Source: Diplonema japonicum
Lineage: Eukaryota; Protista; Euglenozoa: Diplonemea
Assembly: GCA_964019335.1 (NCBI GenBank)
Contig: OZ025708.1
Location: 62,001-126,000, forward strand
Length of the DNA: 64,000 bases
Reading direction: 5' to 3'
In this document: positions 41,507 to 51,443 of the stretch, one piece after another
Layout: the number at the start of each line of letters is the position of its first letter
Numbering within the stretch: position 1 is the stretch's first letter
Translations under genes and position numbers: made by a program
The notes under the pieces: generated by a model
What the model was told of the DNA's origin: nothing
Database searches by the model: none
What the model saw: the letters and a program-made list of their open reading frames with translations, nothing else

Positions 41507-44362
41507 TCAATTGGATGGACCCATGGAGGCAGAGCGCCCCTTGACCCCATTGGTGAAGAGATCTTTGGTCTCCGCGAACGACCTGGCCCGCCCCCTCGTA
41601 CCCAGGTTCGTCACCGCAGCCTCAGAGGTCGTAGCGAGAGGAGGAGCCCCCTTCTTCCCCTTCCCCTTCCCTTTCCAGACACTGTCGTGTGTCGTCGTCG
41701 CCCCCGGTGTAGGGTCCCGCGGCACTGCCGTTCCCGTCGTCAGCGTGGCCGCCTGCGGCAGGAGGAGGCGGAGCGTCGTCCGCAGATCGGAGATCATCTC
41801 CTGCTGAGAGTCGATCGTCCTCTGCAGCCCGACGATCGACTCCTTCAGCGTGGCGACGAGCTCAGTGAGAGCGGCGACCTCAGGCGACCCGGAAGGGACT
41901 CCCTCCTTGTTTCCCGCAGACACGTTGCGGGGCGGTGTAGGGGACGTCACAGTGTCGAGCTGGGGGGGAGCCACCGAGCTCGGTATGGACGCCCACGGGC
42001 TGGTGGGAGGAAGCCCAGTTGCTTTCACCGCAGGGCCAGTCTCCGAGGGTGTCGACGCCGATACAGGTGCCGGGTCAGGTACAGGTGTAGTAGGCGCAGG
42101 TGCAGGTACATGAGAAGATGTGGGTGCCGGGGTCGAGGACGTTGCAAGCGCAGGTGCAGATGCAGGTGTCGTCCTGTTGATGAGAGGGGGCGGCTTGACG
42201 GTCGGGTGGTCGTCCGCATCACGGAGACAGACAAGGCGCCCCCCAAGGAGCCACGTCCTGGACTTCGGGGGCGGGCTGTCGACGACGATGAAGAACACGA
42301 GTTGCCTCGTGCCCTGGAACATCGTCTGCGTGCGTCGCAGGACGGAGGATGGTTTCCAACCGATGTGGTCCATCACTTCGTCGAAGGCCGCCCTGGTGAT
42401 GGACGGCGGGGCCCCGGTGAGCAAAAACTTGCGCTTCGTACGCAGTTTTGCGAGGGTTTCCCGGAGCCGCTGTTCCGTCTCCGGTAGGCACCGCACAGTC
42501 CATCCCTTACGGTGCGCCACCCCGAGAGACAACCCACCCAGCGTCCCCGCAATCCGAAAGGCATCCGCCCTCCCTTCCGCCACGATGGGTACATAAGCGT
42601 ACCCCCCGCGTCTCTCCGTCGTCCGCATTAAGCACCCGTCCCCGGACCGGCGCAGGACGGCGTGGACGTGTGCTGCTTGCAGGCGCAGTCCCACCTCGTG
42701 GGTCCAGTGCCTCGCCCGCGGTTCCTCCTCACCGAACTTCCTTGGGCGGAAGACCGCACGATCCTCCATCACCGCGCCCTGAGCCTTGGCGAGCTCCAGG
42801 ACCCTGGCCTTCGCCTCCTTCAGGCTGTCTGCACTGACACAGACGTAGACGACCTCCGATCCGCTGTTGAAGGTGGAAGGCGGGGTGTAGGTGGGGGGGT
42901 CCAGCCCGAACGTGGAGACGTGGACCCTCCTGTTCACTGCGCGCGACCCAGAGACCATGACAATCTCGCTGGGGGTGGTGACACCGGGGACCTCTGTCAT
43001 AAGGACAAAGGTGATGGATGCCGTAGGTAACGCGGAGCACACGACCCCCATTCCGGAGGGATCGTCGAGCGCAATGACAGCGCGGGATGTTTCCGTCGGG
43101 GGGGACACGTTGGTGTAGATCGGGGCGTCCCATGTGTCTGGCACCAGGTCCCATCGCGGGGTTGTGGAAGGGGCAGGGGCAGGGTCGTCCTCCATCTCCT
43201 CAGGGCCAGAGCTGGTGTCAGAGTCTGAGCTGAGGAGGAGCGTGCCTTGGTCTGTTGACGCGTTGGCGGAAGCGTTCGCGACTGCTTCGTCCTCGACCTT
43301 CTGGGCATCTGCCTTCTTGGCGGCCGCCAACCTCAAAGCTTCCTCCTTTTTGGCAGCGGCTGCGGCGGCTTCCTTTTCGGCGGCGGCGGTGGCTGCGACC
43401 TTCTTCTTCTCCTCGGCGGCGGCGGCTGCGGCTGCGGTCTCCTTCTCGGCGGCGGCGGCTGCAGCTTGCTTCCTGGCGGCGTCGGCTGCGGCCTTCCTCT
43501 CGGCGGCGGCGGCGGCAGCGGCTTTCTTCTCGGCGGCGGCCTTCTCCTCGGCGGCGGCGGCGGCTGCTGCTTTCTTCTCGGCGGCGGCGGCGGCTGCGGC
43601 TTTCTTCTTCTCGGCTGCAGCGGCTGCGGCTGTAGCCTTCTTCTCCTCGGCTGCTTTCATCTCGGCCGCAGCACGCGCAGCCTCCTTCTCCTCTGCCGCA
43701 AGTCGTGCAGTAGACCGCTCGCGCAGAGCCTTCTCCTCAGCCTCGACTGCTCTGCGAGCAGCCTCCACACCAGCCACGCGTGCAGCTTCCGTCTCGGCTG
43801 CCATTTTGACAACAGCAGCATCAGCCACCTCCTGCGCAGCCTTCATCTTAGCAGCTATTTCTGCAGCTACCACGTCGGCCGACTCGCGTGCAGCTTCCAA
43901 ATCAGCAGCGATTCCCGCGAGTTCGACGTCGGCCGCAGTGCGTGCGGCTTCGAGGGGGTGTGTGGCGTCAGCTATGTGTGCGGCTTCGGCGGCAGCGTCA
44001 GCGCGCGCGGCTCTGGCGGCCTTCCTCCTAGCTTTTTTGCTGGAGGTCGGGGTGGCGACGCTGGCGTCAGGCGAAACCGGCCTTTTGACGGAGCCGGTCG
44101 GGGTGGAGGCGACAGGTGTCGCTGGGCCGGCTGTAGCGGCGGCGGCGTCGGGCGTGAGGAGGTCAATTACGGTGACCACCCCCGTCATCTTCTCCCGGTG
44201 CTCCGGCGTCAGGAGCTGCCCCAGCTCCCCGGCTGCTCCAGCGCTGCGGAGCATCCTCTCCACCCGCCGCTCCTCCCTGGCCTTGGACTGGGCCAGCTGC
44301 GTGCTGGCCCCGTTCCCTTCCGGCTTTGCCTTCTCCTTGTGCTTGTCTTTCTTCTTGCCCAT
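41507..44362 (-). CDS. Family A ORF1 (951 aa from MGKKKD)
   Basis: Start set by homology to the other copies. Confidence 0.85.
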   Translation of the reverse strand: MGKKKDKHKEKAKPEGNGASTQLAQSKAREERRVERMLRSAGAAGELGQLLTPEHREKMTGVVTVIDLLTPDAAAATAGPATPVASTPTGSVKRPVSPDASVATPTSSKKARRKAARAARADAAAEAAHIADATHPLEAARTAADVELAGIAADLEAARESADVVAAEIAAKMKAAQEVADAAVVKMAAETEAARVAGVEAARRAVEAEEKALRERSTARLAAEEKEAARAAAEMKAAEEKKATAAAAAAEKKKAAAAAAAEKKAAAAAAAEEKAAAEKKAAAAAAAERKAAADAARKQAAAAAAEKETAAAAAAAEEKKKVAATAAAEKEAAAAAAKKEEALRLAAAKKADAQKVEDEAVANASANASTDQGTLLLSSDSDTSSGPEEMEDDPAPAPSTTPRWDLVPDTWDAPIYTNVSPPTETSRAVIALDDPSGMGVVCSALPTASITFVLMTEVPGVTTPSEIVMVSGSRAVNRRVHVSTFGLDPPTYTPPSTFNSGSEVVYVCVSADSLKEAKARVLELAKAQGAVMEDRAVFRPRKFGEEEPRARHWTHEVGLRLQAAHVHAVLRRSGDGCLMRTTERRGGYAYVPIVAEGRADAFRIAGTLGGLSLGVAHRKGWTVRCLPETEQRLRETLAKLRTKRKFLLTGAPPSITRAAFDEVMDHIGWKPSSVLRRTQTMFQGTRQLVFFIVVDSPPPKSRTWLLGGRLVCLRDADDHPTVKPPPLINRTTPASAPALATSSTPAPTSSHVPAPAPTTPVPDPAPVSASTPSETGPAVKATGLPPTSPWASIPSSVAPPQLDTVTSPTPPRNVSAGNKEGVPSGSPEVAALTELVATLKESIVGLQRTIDSQQEMISDLRTTLRLLLPQAATLTTGTAVPRDPTPGATTTHDSVWKGKGKGKKGAPPLATTSEAAVTNLGTRGRARSFAETKDLFTNGVKGRSASMGPSN

Positions 44363-44382
44363 TTTTCTTTTCTTTTCTTTTT

Positions 44383-44384
<2 letters not shown>

Positions 44385-44419
<35 letters not shown>

Positions 44420-44439
44420 CAAAATACCAATGCAGGGCC
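44385..44439 (-). mobile_element. Minimal family A 3' end (20 nt + poly(A))
   Basis: GGCCCTGCATTGGTATTTTG-A35 duplicated right after the tail of copy A5. Confidence 0.75.
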
Positions 44440-44443
44440 TTTC

Positions 44444-47400
44444 TTTTTTTTTTTTTTTTTTTTTCAAAATACCAATGCAGGGCCGCCATGGAGAGCAACA
44501 CCTGAGAAAAGGGAAAAAAAAGGTGAAGGGAAACCATGGGGAAATAGGGAGGGCAATGGACCAGGCTTCTGCAAGCAGGAGGAGCCCTGGTCCCCCACCA
44601 ACCCGTGCTCTGCTTTGGGACAGCCGAAGAGGGCTGAATTACATTATTCCCTCAGTCAAGTGAGAGAAAAACGGGGGCCTACCTTCCAGCTGGATGTCCT
44701 TCTTTGGCTGGAACCTCCGGCGGAAAGCCCCCCAGGGAGGTATTGCTCCTATTGAGCGAATCATTGGTGAGTGTGAAAATAAAATAAAAAGGGGAAATGG
44801 GAAACAGTGAGAGGAAGGTGAAGGAAGGGAAAGGGAAGTGGAAAACACAACATTTCACTTTACACACACGCGGGCGATCCCTTAGCGCAGCACGGGGGCC
44901 GCGGGACCGGCGTCAAGAGAGACCGGAGGAGGGCGGCACGTTTGAAGGTGCAGTGACGTCTGTAGACGCCAGGGATGATGGCGAGGTGAACAGTCCGGAG
45001 CGTGACCAGGCGAGCAGGCCAGACTCAACAATGAGGTCGTAGATCTGGGTCACGCGTCTCGACAGGGAGAACGCTAGGGAGGGAGTACCAGCAGGAGTGT
45101 CGATCGCCCCCCTCCCGATCACAGGGCACCCACCGACAACATGCTCCCTGGACATCGGTGCTGCGTGGCAGGCTGGGCACCGGAGCACACCCTTGTGCTT
45201 CCTGTTCGGGCCAGCAGTCTGCAGGAAGCCGAAGAAGAGAGCCGAGTGACCAATCCGCAGCCGCGAGATGACCGTTTCAGCTTGTCTGGGGAAGCCAAGG
45301 GGGAAGTGCGCAGACCGAAGCTCGGTCGCCACCGCGTAGTTGTGGGCGAGGGATGTTATGAGCTCCGCGGACCTCCGCACCACCCACCGTCGCACCAGGG
45401 CCCTCACTGATCGGTAGTCAAGGGAGGGCCTGTCCTGCTTCCGCTTCGTTCCCTCCACGGCCAGAGCGTCAGCCTTCTCGTTCCCGTCCACCCCACAGTG
45501 GGAGGGCACAAACTGGAGGACCACCGGTGTCCCCTGCGTGCGCGCCGCGGTCACCAGCCGGCTCCACGTCTGGTGGTCGAGCTTCTCCCTCTGTCGCGTT
45601 GGGCCAGCTCGCAGCTGCTCGACGAGGGAGAGGGAGTCGGTGCAGATCGACAGCGGGGACTTCGCCAGCGAAGGGTGTGTTTTTCGGAGGGTAGCCACCA
45701 TATCCAGCGCCGTTTTCACAGCCATGCCCTCTGCCCGAAAAGATGAACAGAAGTCGTTGACGCCATGGCACACAGACACAGGGGTCAGGGGGGGAGGCAG
45801 CTGCAGATAAACCCCAGAGCCACCTTGGTAAACGTTCTTCTTCTTTCAATCGATTGTTATATGTACTTATAAAATATAAAATATAGCGCGCATTCGACGA
45901 CACTGATCAAGCGACTGGCACCTTCCGAAGAAGGGCCTCCCACGTCCGCCGGGTTGAGCAGAGGATGCCCCGGGGCGGCCGTTCCAGTCTGATCATGTCG
46001 CACTATAATATATGCTCTCATCTCCAAGGAGAAAAGAGGTTTTTTGCCCTCGTAGCTCGCCGGGCCAGCACTCTTACTTGCGTAAGGTCTTGGTGGTTCT
46101 TGGGGGGTGGCGCTGTCCCACATTATGCCACTGCAGCGTGGTGAAGAACAGCCAGTTAGTGGCCACGAAGTAGTGATCCTTCAAGGCTCTCATATCTCCG
46201 TGCCGCGTGAACTGCTGCCGTCTCTCGACGTCCCCCTTCGCCTTCCAGCCATACCTGGCCATGATCCACGTCTTGTCAAAGTCCAGGATGAGGGCGAACC
46301 GGACAAACTTCATGTGAATCCCGAGTTCCTTCGCGGTTTTAGGCTCTTCGCCGAGCACGTGTTTGCAGACCCGTATCATGGCTTCTGGCGTCCACTCCCC
46401 TTCCGCTTCGACGATCCCGGCCGTCGCCAGTTTCGTGTGGGAGAGCTTATCTTCCAGACCCGCTCGATGTTCTTCAGCCAGGGCGTGAACGGCGGCCTTG
46501 CCCGACCGTCGGTTCGCCCTGAGGAGGTCCAAGCGGTCTTTCTTCTTTGCGGGCTCCGCTTGTCCGTCGCACAACTGCCCGCGCTTCGCGCTCTTGGACC
46601 GCCATTTGACGAGCAGAGGTGGCTCTGGTGCACGATCTGTGCTGGTCCTTACCAGCTTGGTGTCGTGGCCAAGGTACACGTCCGGGCATGCGCCTCCCTT
46701 TCGCTTCTTCTTGTGGTGGCTTGCGAGGGGCGGGGCCGGGGCTGGGGCTGAGTGTGGGGCCAGGGCTTCGTCGCCGTCGTGGGTAGTGAGGCATGCCAGT
46801 TCCAGCTCCTCCGTCCGTGGCGCAGGTTCCGCCGTTTCCGATGGCGGGGTCGAGGTCGGGGCAGAGACTTTGTCGTCGTCGTCGCCAGTCAGGTCTATGA
46901 CCACCTTCAGATTTCTCTGTGCCTCATCGGTCCCCCGTGGGGCAGGTCTCGCTGACTGAGGATGGGGGTCGTCGTCTGTTTGCGTCGACTCTGTGGGTGG
47001 TGGCTCCAGCATGTACATGTCCCCCTGTGGGGGAGGAGGAGGTTCCGTCGCAGCAGTCAAATCACCAGAGCCACCTTTCGCCTTCTGTCCGACCTGTACA
47101 ACCGAGCCATCCGTGTAGGCATGGATGCCCGGGGGGAGAGCCGCAAGAGCAGCCTCGGCCGCCTTCCGCCTGTCCGCGTCTGGCGACGATCGCGTGACCC
47201 CGCCGGGGAGGTCAGTCCTGAAGTCGACCATGCCTGTCTGCCACGGGGCCGCCAGGGGCGTAGCCGACAGGTACTCGAAGTGCACCTTTGGTTCCAACCC
47301 GCATCGACGCAGTGCTTGGTAGCCAGAGCGCAGCCACCCACACCCCAGCCTGTTCGCCTGCTTCAGCTTGACCGTCTCCCTGTGAACCGGGGAAGACTGC

Positions 47401-47587
47401 CAGCAGAAGGCCTTCGCCGTCATCGTCGCCGCAGCACCCTCCGCCATTCTTTCGAGGGGAAGCAGTCCTGCCTCAGCTAGGAGCTTGTACCCTCCGGAGC
47501 CACTCCAGCAGCCCGTGATCAGCACCGCCGCCTCCTGGTGAAGCCCAGCCAGGTCCTTCCTCCCGACATCATCGAGCCTGCTGTAGT
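44444..47587 (-). mobile_element. Family A 5'-truncated copy A5, interrupted by a 1238-bp insert and frameshifted near the C-terminus
   Basis: Matches family A from ~5788 to the poly(A); RNase H is split at GGSG. Confidence 0.9.
45827..47064 (-). mobile_element. Unclassified 1238-bp insertion (element F) with 13-bp target-site duplication
   Basis: CCAGAGCCACCTT at 45814-45826 and 47065-47077; carries a ~330-codon open frame, a structured 3' region and an AT-rich/(GAA)3 end. Confidence 0.85.
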
Positions 47588-48912
47588 CTTGCCGTCCACC
47601 TTGACGGCTGCAACCCTTTGGTCCAGGAAGGCAGCGACCCAGTTCGTTATCCTCTGCGGGTACTTGCTGTATCTCAGCTTTGCGTTCAGGCCTTTATGCC
47701 AGACTGTATCAAAAGCCCCTTTCAGGTCAAAGAGCAGGAGACCCCGCAGAACTCGTCTCCTCTGATGCGATCTAGTTTCGTTGTAACCTGCAAGACGTTC
47801 TCTTCAGTGGAACGCCCCTTCCTGAAACCTGACTGCATTTTGTGAACCTTCTTTACATCGCCCACGTCTTGGTGGTAGTCGATCCTGATCTTCACTATCC
47901 TCTCCATTGTCTTTGAAATTCCCGAGGTTAATGAGATCGGCCTGTACGATGCCGGTTCGCTCTTCAGCTTTCCTTTGCCTTTGAAGAGCGGGACGATGTG
48001 TGTGTATTTCCAATCCGACGGAACTACACCCTTCTCCCACGACATATTGAAGAGATGTAGCATCGCGTCCAGGGCCGTTTCCCCGAGGTGCTTTAACATC
48101 TCGTTGTACACACCGTCAGGGCCTGGGGACTTCCCCTTTTTAAGTTGCCTCAGTGCGTACTTCAATTCGTCGATGCTTATATCGGGGCACTCGGTCCTGT
48201 TATTCCGACCACCGTTTTCCTTGGTTAGTCGTTCTACTCTTTCCAGCATTCTCTTGGTGTCCTTGTTCAGTTGCGGTGCAAATGCCTCCGCGTAGTGGTC
48301 CACCAGTGCGTCTGCCTTCTCTGTCGCTGTGGTGTGTAATCTTTCACCAGCCATCAGCGGCGCCACAGGTTCTTTGCCCTTCCTACCATCGAGCGTCTTT
48401 ATCGTCCTGAAAGCATGCCCCAGGTCTTTCTTCTGTGACAATTCCTTCGTGTACTCAGCCCACGCTCTTTTCTTTCCTACGACGATTTGTTCCTGCACTT
48501 GTCGGCTGATTTCTCCGAGTCTTTCGCACTGTTCAGTCGAGGGGATGCCAATGTCTGACATTATCTCCTTTTTCAGAGCGTTCCGCTGAGCAACTAACTG
48601 CGTTAGTTCTTCTGTCCACCACGCTTTCCCACCTCTTGCTCCACCTCTCGGTATGAAGAGCCTGGCGGCTTCTTTGATCGCGTTCGTGAACTGTTTGTTC
48701 AATTTCACGGGGTCACCTGTTCTCTGCAGGTGCCTTAGGGCGTGCTCAAGATAATCCCTGAAGCCAGCCCAATCCGCTTTTTTGAAGCAGAATCTCCTTT
48801 CTGTCGTCTTGACTTCAAACTTGGTTCTGATTTCGGTGGACATGGGAATGTGGTCGGAACCCCATGACTCTAGGGTTGTCCAGGATGTAGATTCCATGTC
48901 AGGTCCGCTTAT
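47587..48912 (-). mobile_element. Internal fragment of family B1 ORF2 (APE end to mid-RT)
   Basis: Near-identical to ~14534-15859. Confidence 0.92.
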
Positions 48913-48914
48913 TA

Positions 48915-49250
48915 TTTTTTTTTGCAATAATAACCACTGGGGGGAAACTGGGGGTGGGGTGTGGGGTGTGTTCCAGTCTTTTGTCTGGAGGAACCGAGAG
49001 GGCCACCACGTGGGCTGAACCTTCCCTTCGGTGCTCCGTTCCCCCTTCCTGGGACAGCCGACCTGGCTGATTACATTCGGGGCGGTCCCCTCGAGGCTGA
49101 ACGCAGGGGCGTTCTCTTGCTGCGCCCTGCGCCCTCCCGGCCTTCCCTGTGGCTGCCTCCCGGGAGGTTGTTTCTTGGCCCATTTGCGTGTGAGTGTGTG
49201 TGTGAGTGTGTGTGTGTGTGTGGGGGGGGGGGAGGGGGGGGGGGGGAGGG
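48915..49250 (-). mobile_element. Family E: short 3' UTR and poly(A) of another A-related element
   Basis: Contains AATGTAATCAGCCAGGTCGGCTGTCCCA, matching the A 3' UTR AATGTAATTCAGCCCTCTTCGGCTGTCCCA; ends TTATTATTGC(A)9. Confidence 0.7.
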
Positions 49251-49260
49251 GGACCCGATA

Positions 49261-49860
49261 TTTTTTTTTTAATAATAATAATAATATCTGTTCCACTGCC
49301 GGGTCGGGAGCATCAGAGAAGGTTTGAAAAGGATAAAAGGAAAATGGGGAAAGGAAGAAAAAATCAACAAAGCTGAGTTGAAAAGCAGAGCTTGAGAAAT
49401 CAAAAATCAAAGTGAAGGTATCATGAGCCTTTCGCCCAAGAAGAGAACAAACAGCACCATAGGTAGGGGGGTTTTAGCACTCCCTCCTTCTGGTCTTTTT
49501 TTTTTCTTTAAAAAAAAGCTTCTGTGTGGCCAATTACCAACAGAGAGGAGCGGTGAGTACTGGGACACTGTCCTTCAAGATCCTTTTATCATTTCTTTCT
49601 TCTCTCCCTCTTCATTCCCTCCCACCCTTTCCTTATTGTTTCACCCCTTTTTATTGAACGCCGAAGGCCCGCCCAGTCTGGTTCTCGCCCCCTAATAAAT
49701 TCCTTTGACTGGGCGTCCTTGGCCAACTCCGCACATTCCCCGCCAACAGCGCATCCTCCTCAAAAGGTAGGATCGTCTTAAGGATTTCGGGGCGACCATT
49801 GCTTAAACCAGCACGAGACCGTCCCCTTGCTGGATTTGTTGGGTCGGTGGGGCGCTAGAT
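49261..49860 (-). mobile_element. Family D 3' region (may extend to ~50375)
   Basis: Tail matches 1-72; ~190-nt block 49667-49853 homologous to the family C 3' UTR 10963-11151. Confidence 0.75.
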
Positions 49861-50409
49861 AATTAAAACATAAAATGAAAAGACAAGGGGAAGAGAGAGG
49901 AATAGCAACAGAAAAGACCTGGCAGCAGAACAGGAGACATCGGGTGAGGTTTTGGGGGAAACTAAAAAGGGGGGGAAAGATGACTCTACTCTTCTAAGTT
50001 GCCCATGTCGAGGGCCCCGGTCGTCGTCGTCGTCGGCGCTGGCGTCAGGCAACCAGCGCGATGGAGCGGCAGGGCCAACTCGTGAGAGGAAGGTAGGGGT
50101 TGGGAGAGGGATAGTTGATGTAGAGGGCCGGTCGGGACCCGGATCAGCACGAAAAACGTCCCCCCGGCTCCGCTCCACTCGAGAGATGCCTTCGCTCAGA
50201 ACGAGTCTGTTGGTCTTACACCCCCCTCGTTTTGCTCGGCCAGGAGTCCAGCGTCACCACACGACTCACCCCACACGAGGGAAGCTGCCTCTTAGCCGTG
50301 CACCTTGCGTGCACGTTGCCCAGGGCCACCACTGGGAGGTGGGCAGCCACCACACACACTCGGGTCGGGCTTACATTTTCATGTGTGTGTGTGTATTCGA
50401 CCCCTAAAA

Positions 50410-50968
50410 TTATTAATAACTATTTATTGCCAACAAATTATGAGTCATTATTTAACGCGAGTTCCCGAATTTTTTGCACGAGGGCCCGCAGGGCCCGAGT
50501 GCAAAAAAACGGGTAACGAGAGTTAAATAATGGCTCATTTGGCGGCAAGTAAGTCGTTTTATTTCACTCTTCGTCATTTGAGTCACTCACTCTTCACTGC
50601 TTTCACTGCTGTTTTTTTTCACGCAGGTCAGCCTTTTTGGGGAGTTTCCTAAGGTAATATGGGGTTGCTATTTCGCCATGGCATTTAAAGGGGAAGTAAG
50701 GCACTTATTCCCACTTTTAAGGGCTGGAATGGCCTCAGATGGCCAAAAATAGTCAAAATACCCCCACCCCAAAAAAATTTTTCAAGGGGTTGGGTGCATT
50801 TTTTTCCACGGCGAGACTCATTTTCCCACTCTGAAGGGCCATTATTTAACTGCAAAATCTCATTATTTAACTAGTTAAATAATGGCGATTTCGCGTTAAA
50901 TAATGGCCATTTCGCGTTAAATAATGAGGCCCCTAGTGAGTGAAGAAAATGACGAAGAGTGAAATAAA
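50410..50968. mobile_element. Non-autonomous DNA element with terminal hairpin and subterminal inverted repeats (MITE/Crypton-like)
   Basis: TTTATTTCACTCTTCGTCATTT (50558) is inverted at AAATGACGAAGAGTGAAATAAA (50947); palindrome TGCACGAGGGCCCGCAGGGCCCGAGTGCA; repeated CATTATTTAAC in both orientations; family assignment from memory of the architecture only. Confidence 0.5.
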
Positions 50969-51443
50969 GAAATAAAACTTTTTTTTTTTTGGCTACTAAG
51001 GGTGCCGGACCTCAGTATCCTTTCCCCCCCATATTTTTTCTTAATTATACGTTATCGGGGGTGGGGAAATGTTTGTTTGTTTGTTTTGTTTGGGGAGAGG
51101 GGGGCTTTTTTTTTTCACACTGCTGCATCTGATTGGTCGGGTGCTGTGGTCGGGAGGGGGTAGGTTCTCTGTTTCCGCGAGAAACAGGATGGTACACTCT
51201 CTATTTGGGGATCAGGGATGGGATCTCGGGATTCTGATTAAATGACAAGTGCCTCAGCCGCCTTCTGATCGGCATGCTACTTCAGCAGGTTAGATGGTTG
51301 TTGTGGAGTTGTTGCGGAGGGGGGCAGGTCCCCGGTGTCTTCGAGGTATTGGATTGCTTTCCGTTGGTTTTTCCACAAAGATGTTTCTCAGCGCCAGGGT
51401 GTTCTTTTTTCTTCTTTTTTTCCCCTCTTTTTTTCTTCTTCTT

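Larger units (their letters stand above)
36781..44369 (-). mobile_element. Family A near full-length copy A4
   Basis: Reverse complement of A1; poly(A) ends 6 bp before tRNA-Pro +1. Confidence 0.95.

Noticed and set aside
44363-44467. Lys-rich N-terminal extension of A4 ORF1
   Set aside because: Translation of poly(A) tails; homologous start is at 44362
48899-49183. 94-aa ORF as the ORF1 start of a new element
   Set aside because: Region aligns with the A-family 3' UTR motif and ends in poly(A); non-coding
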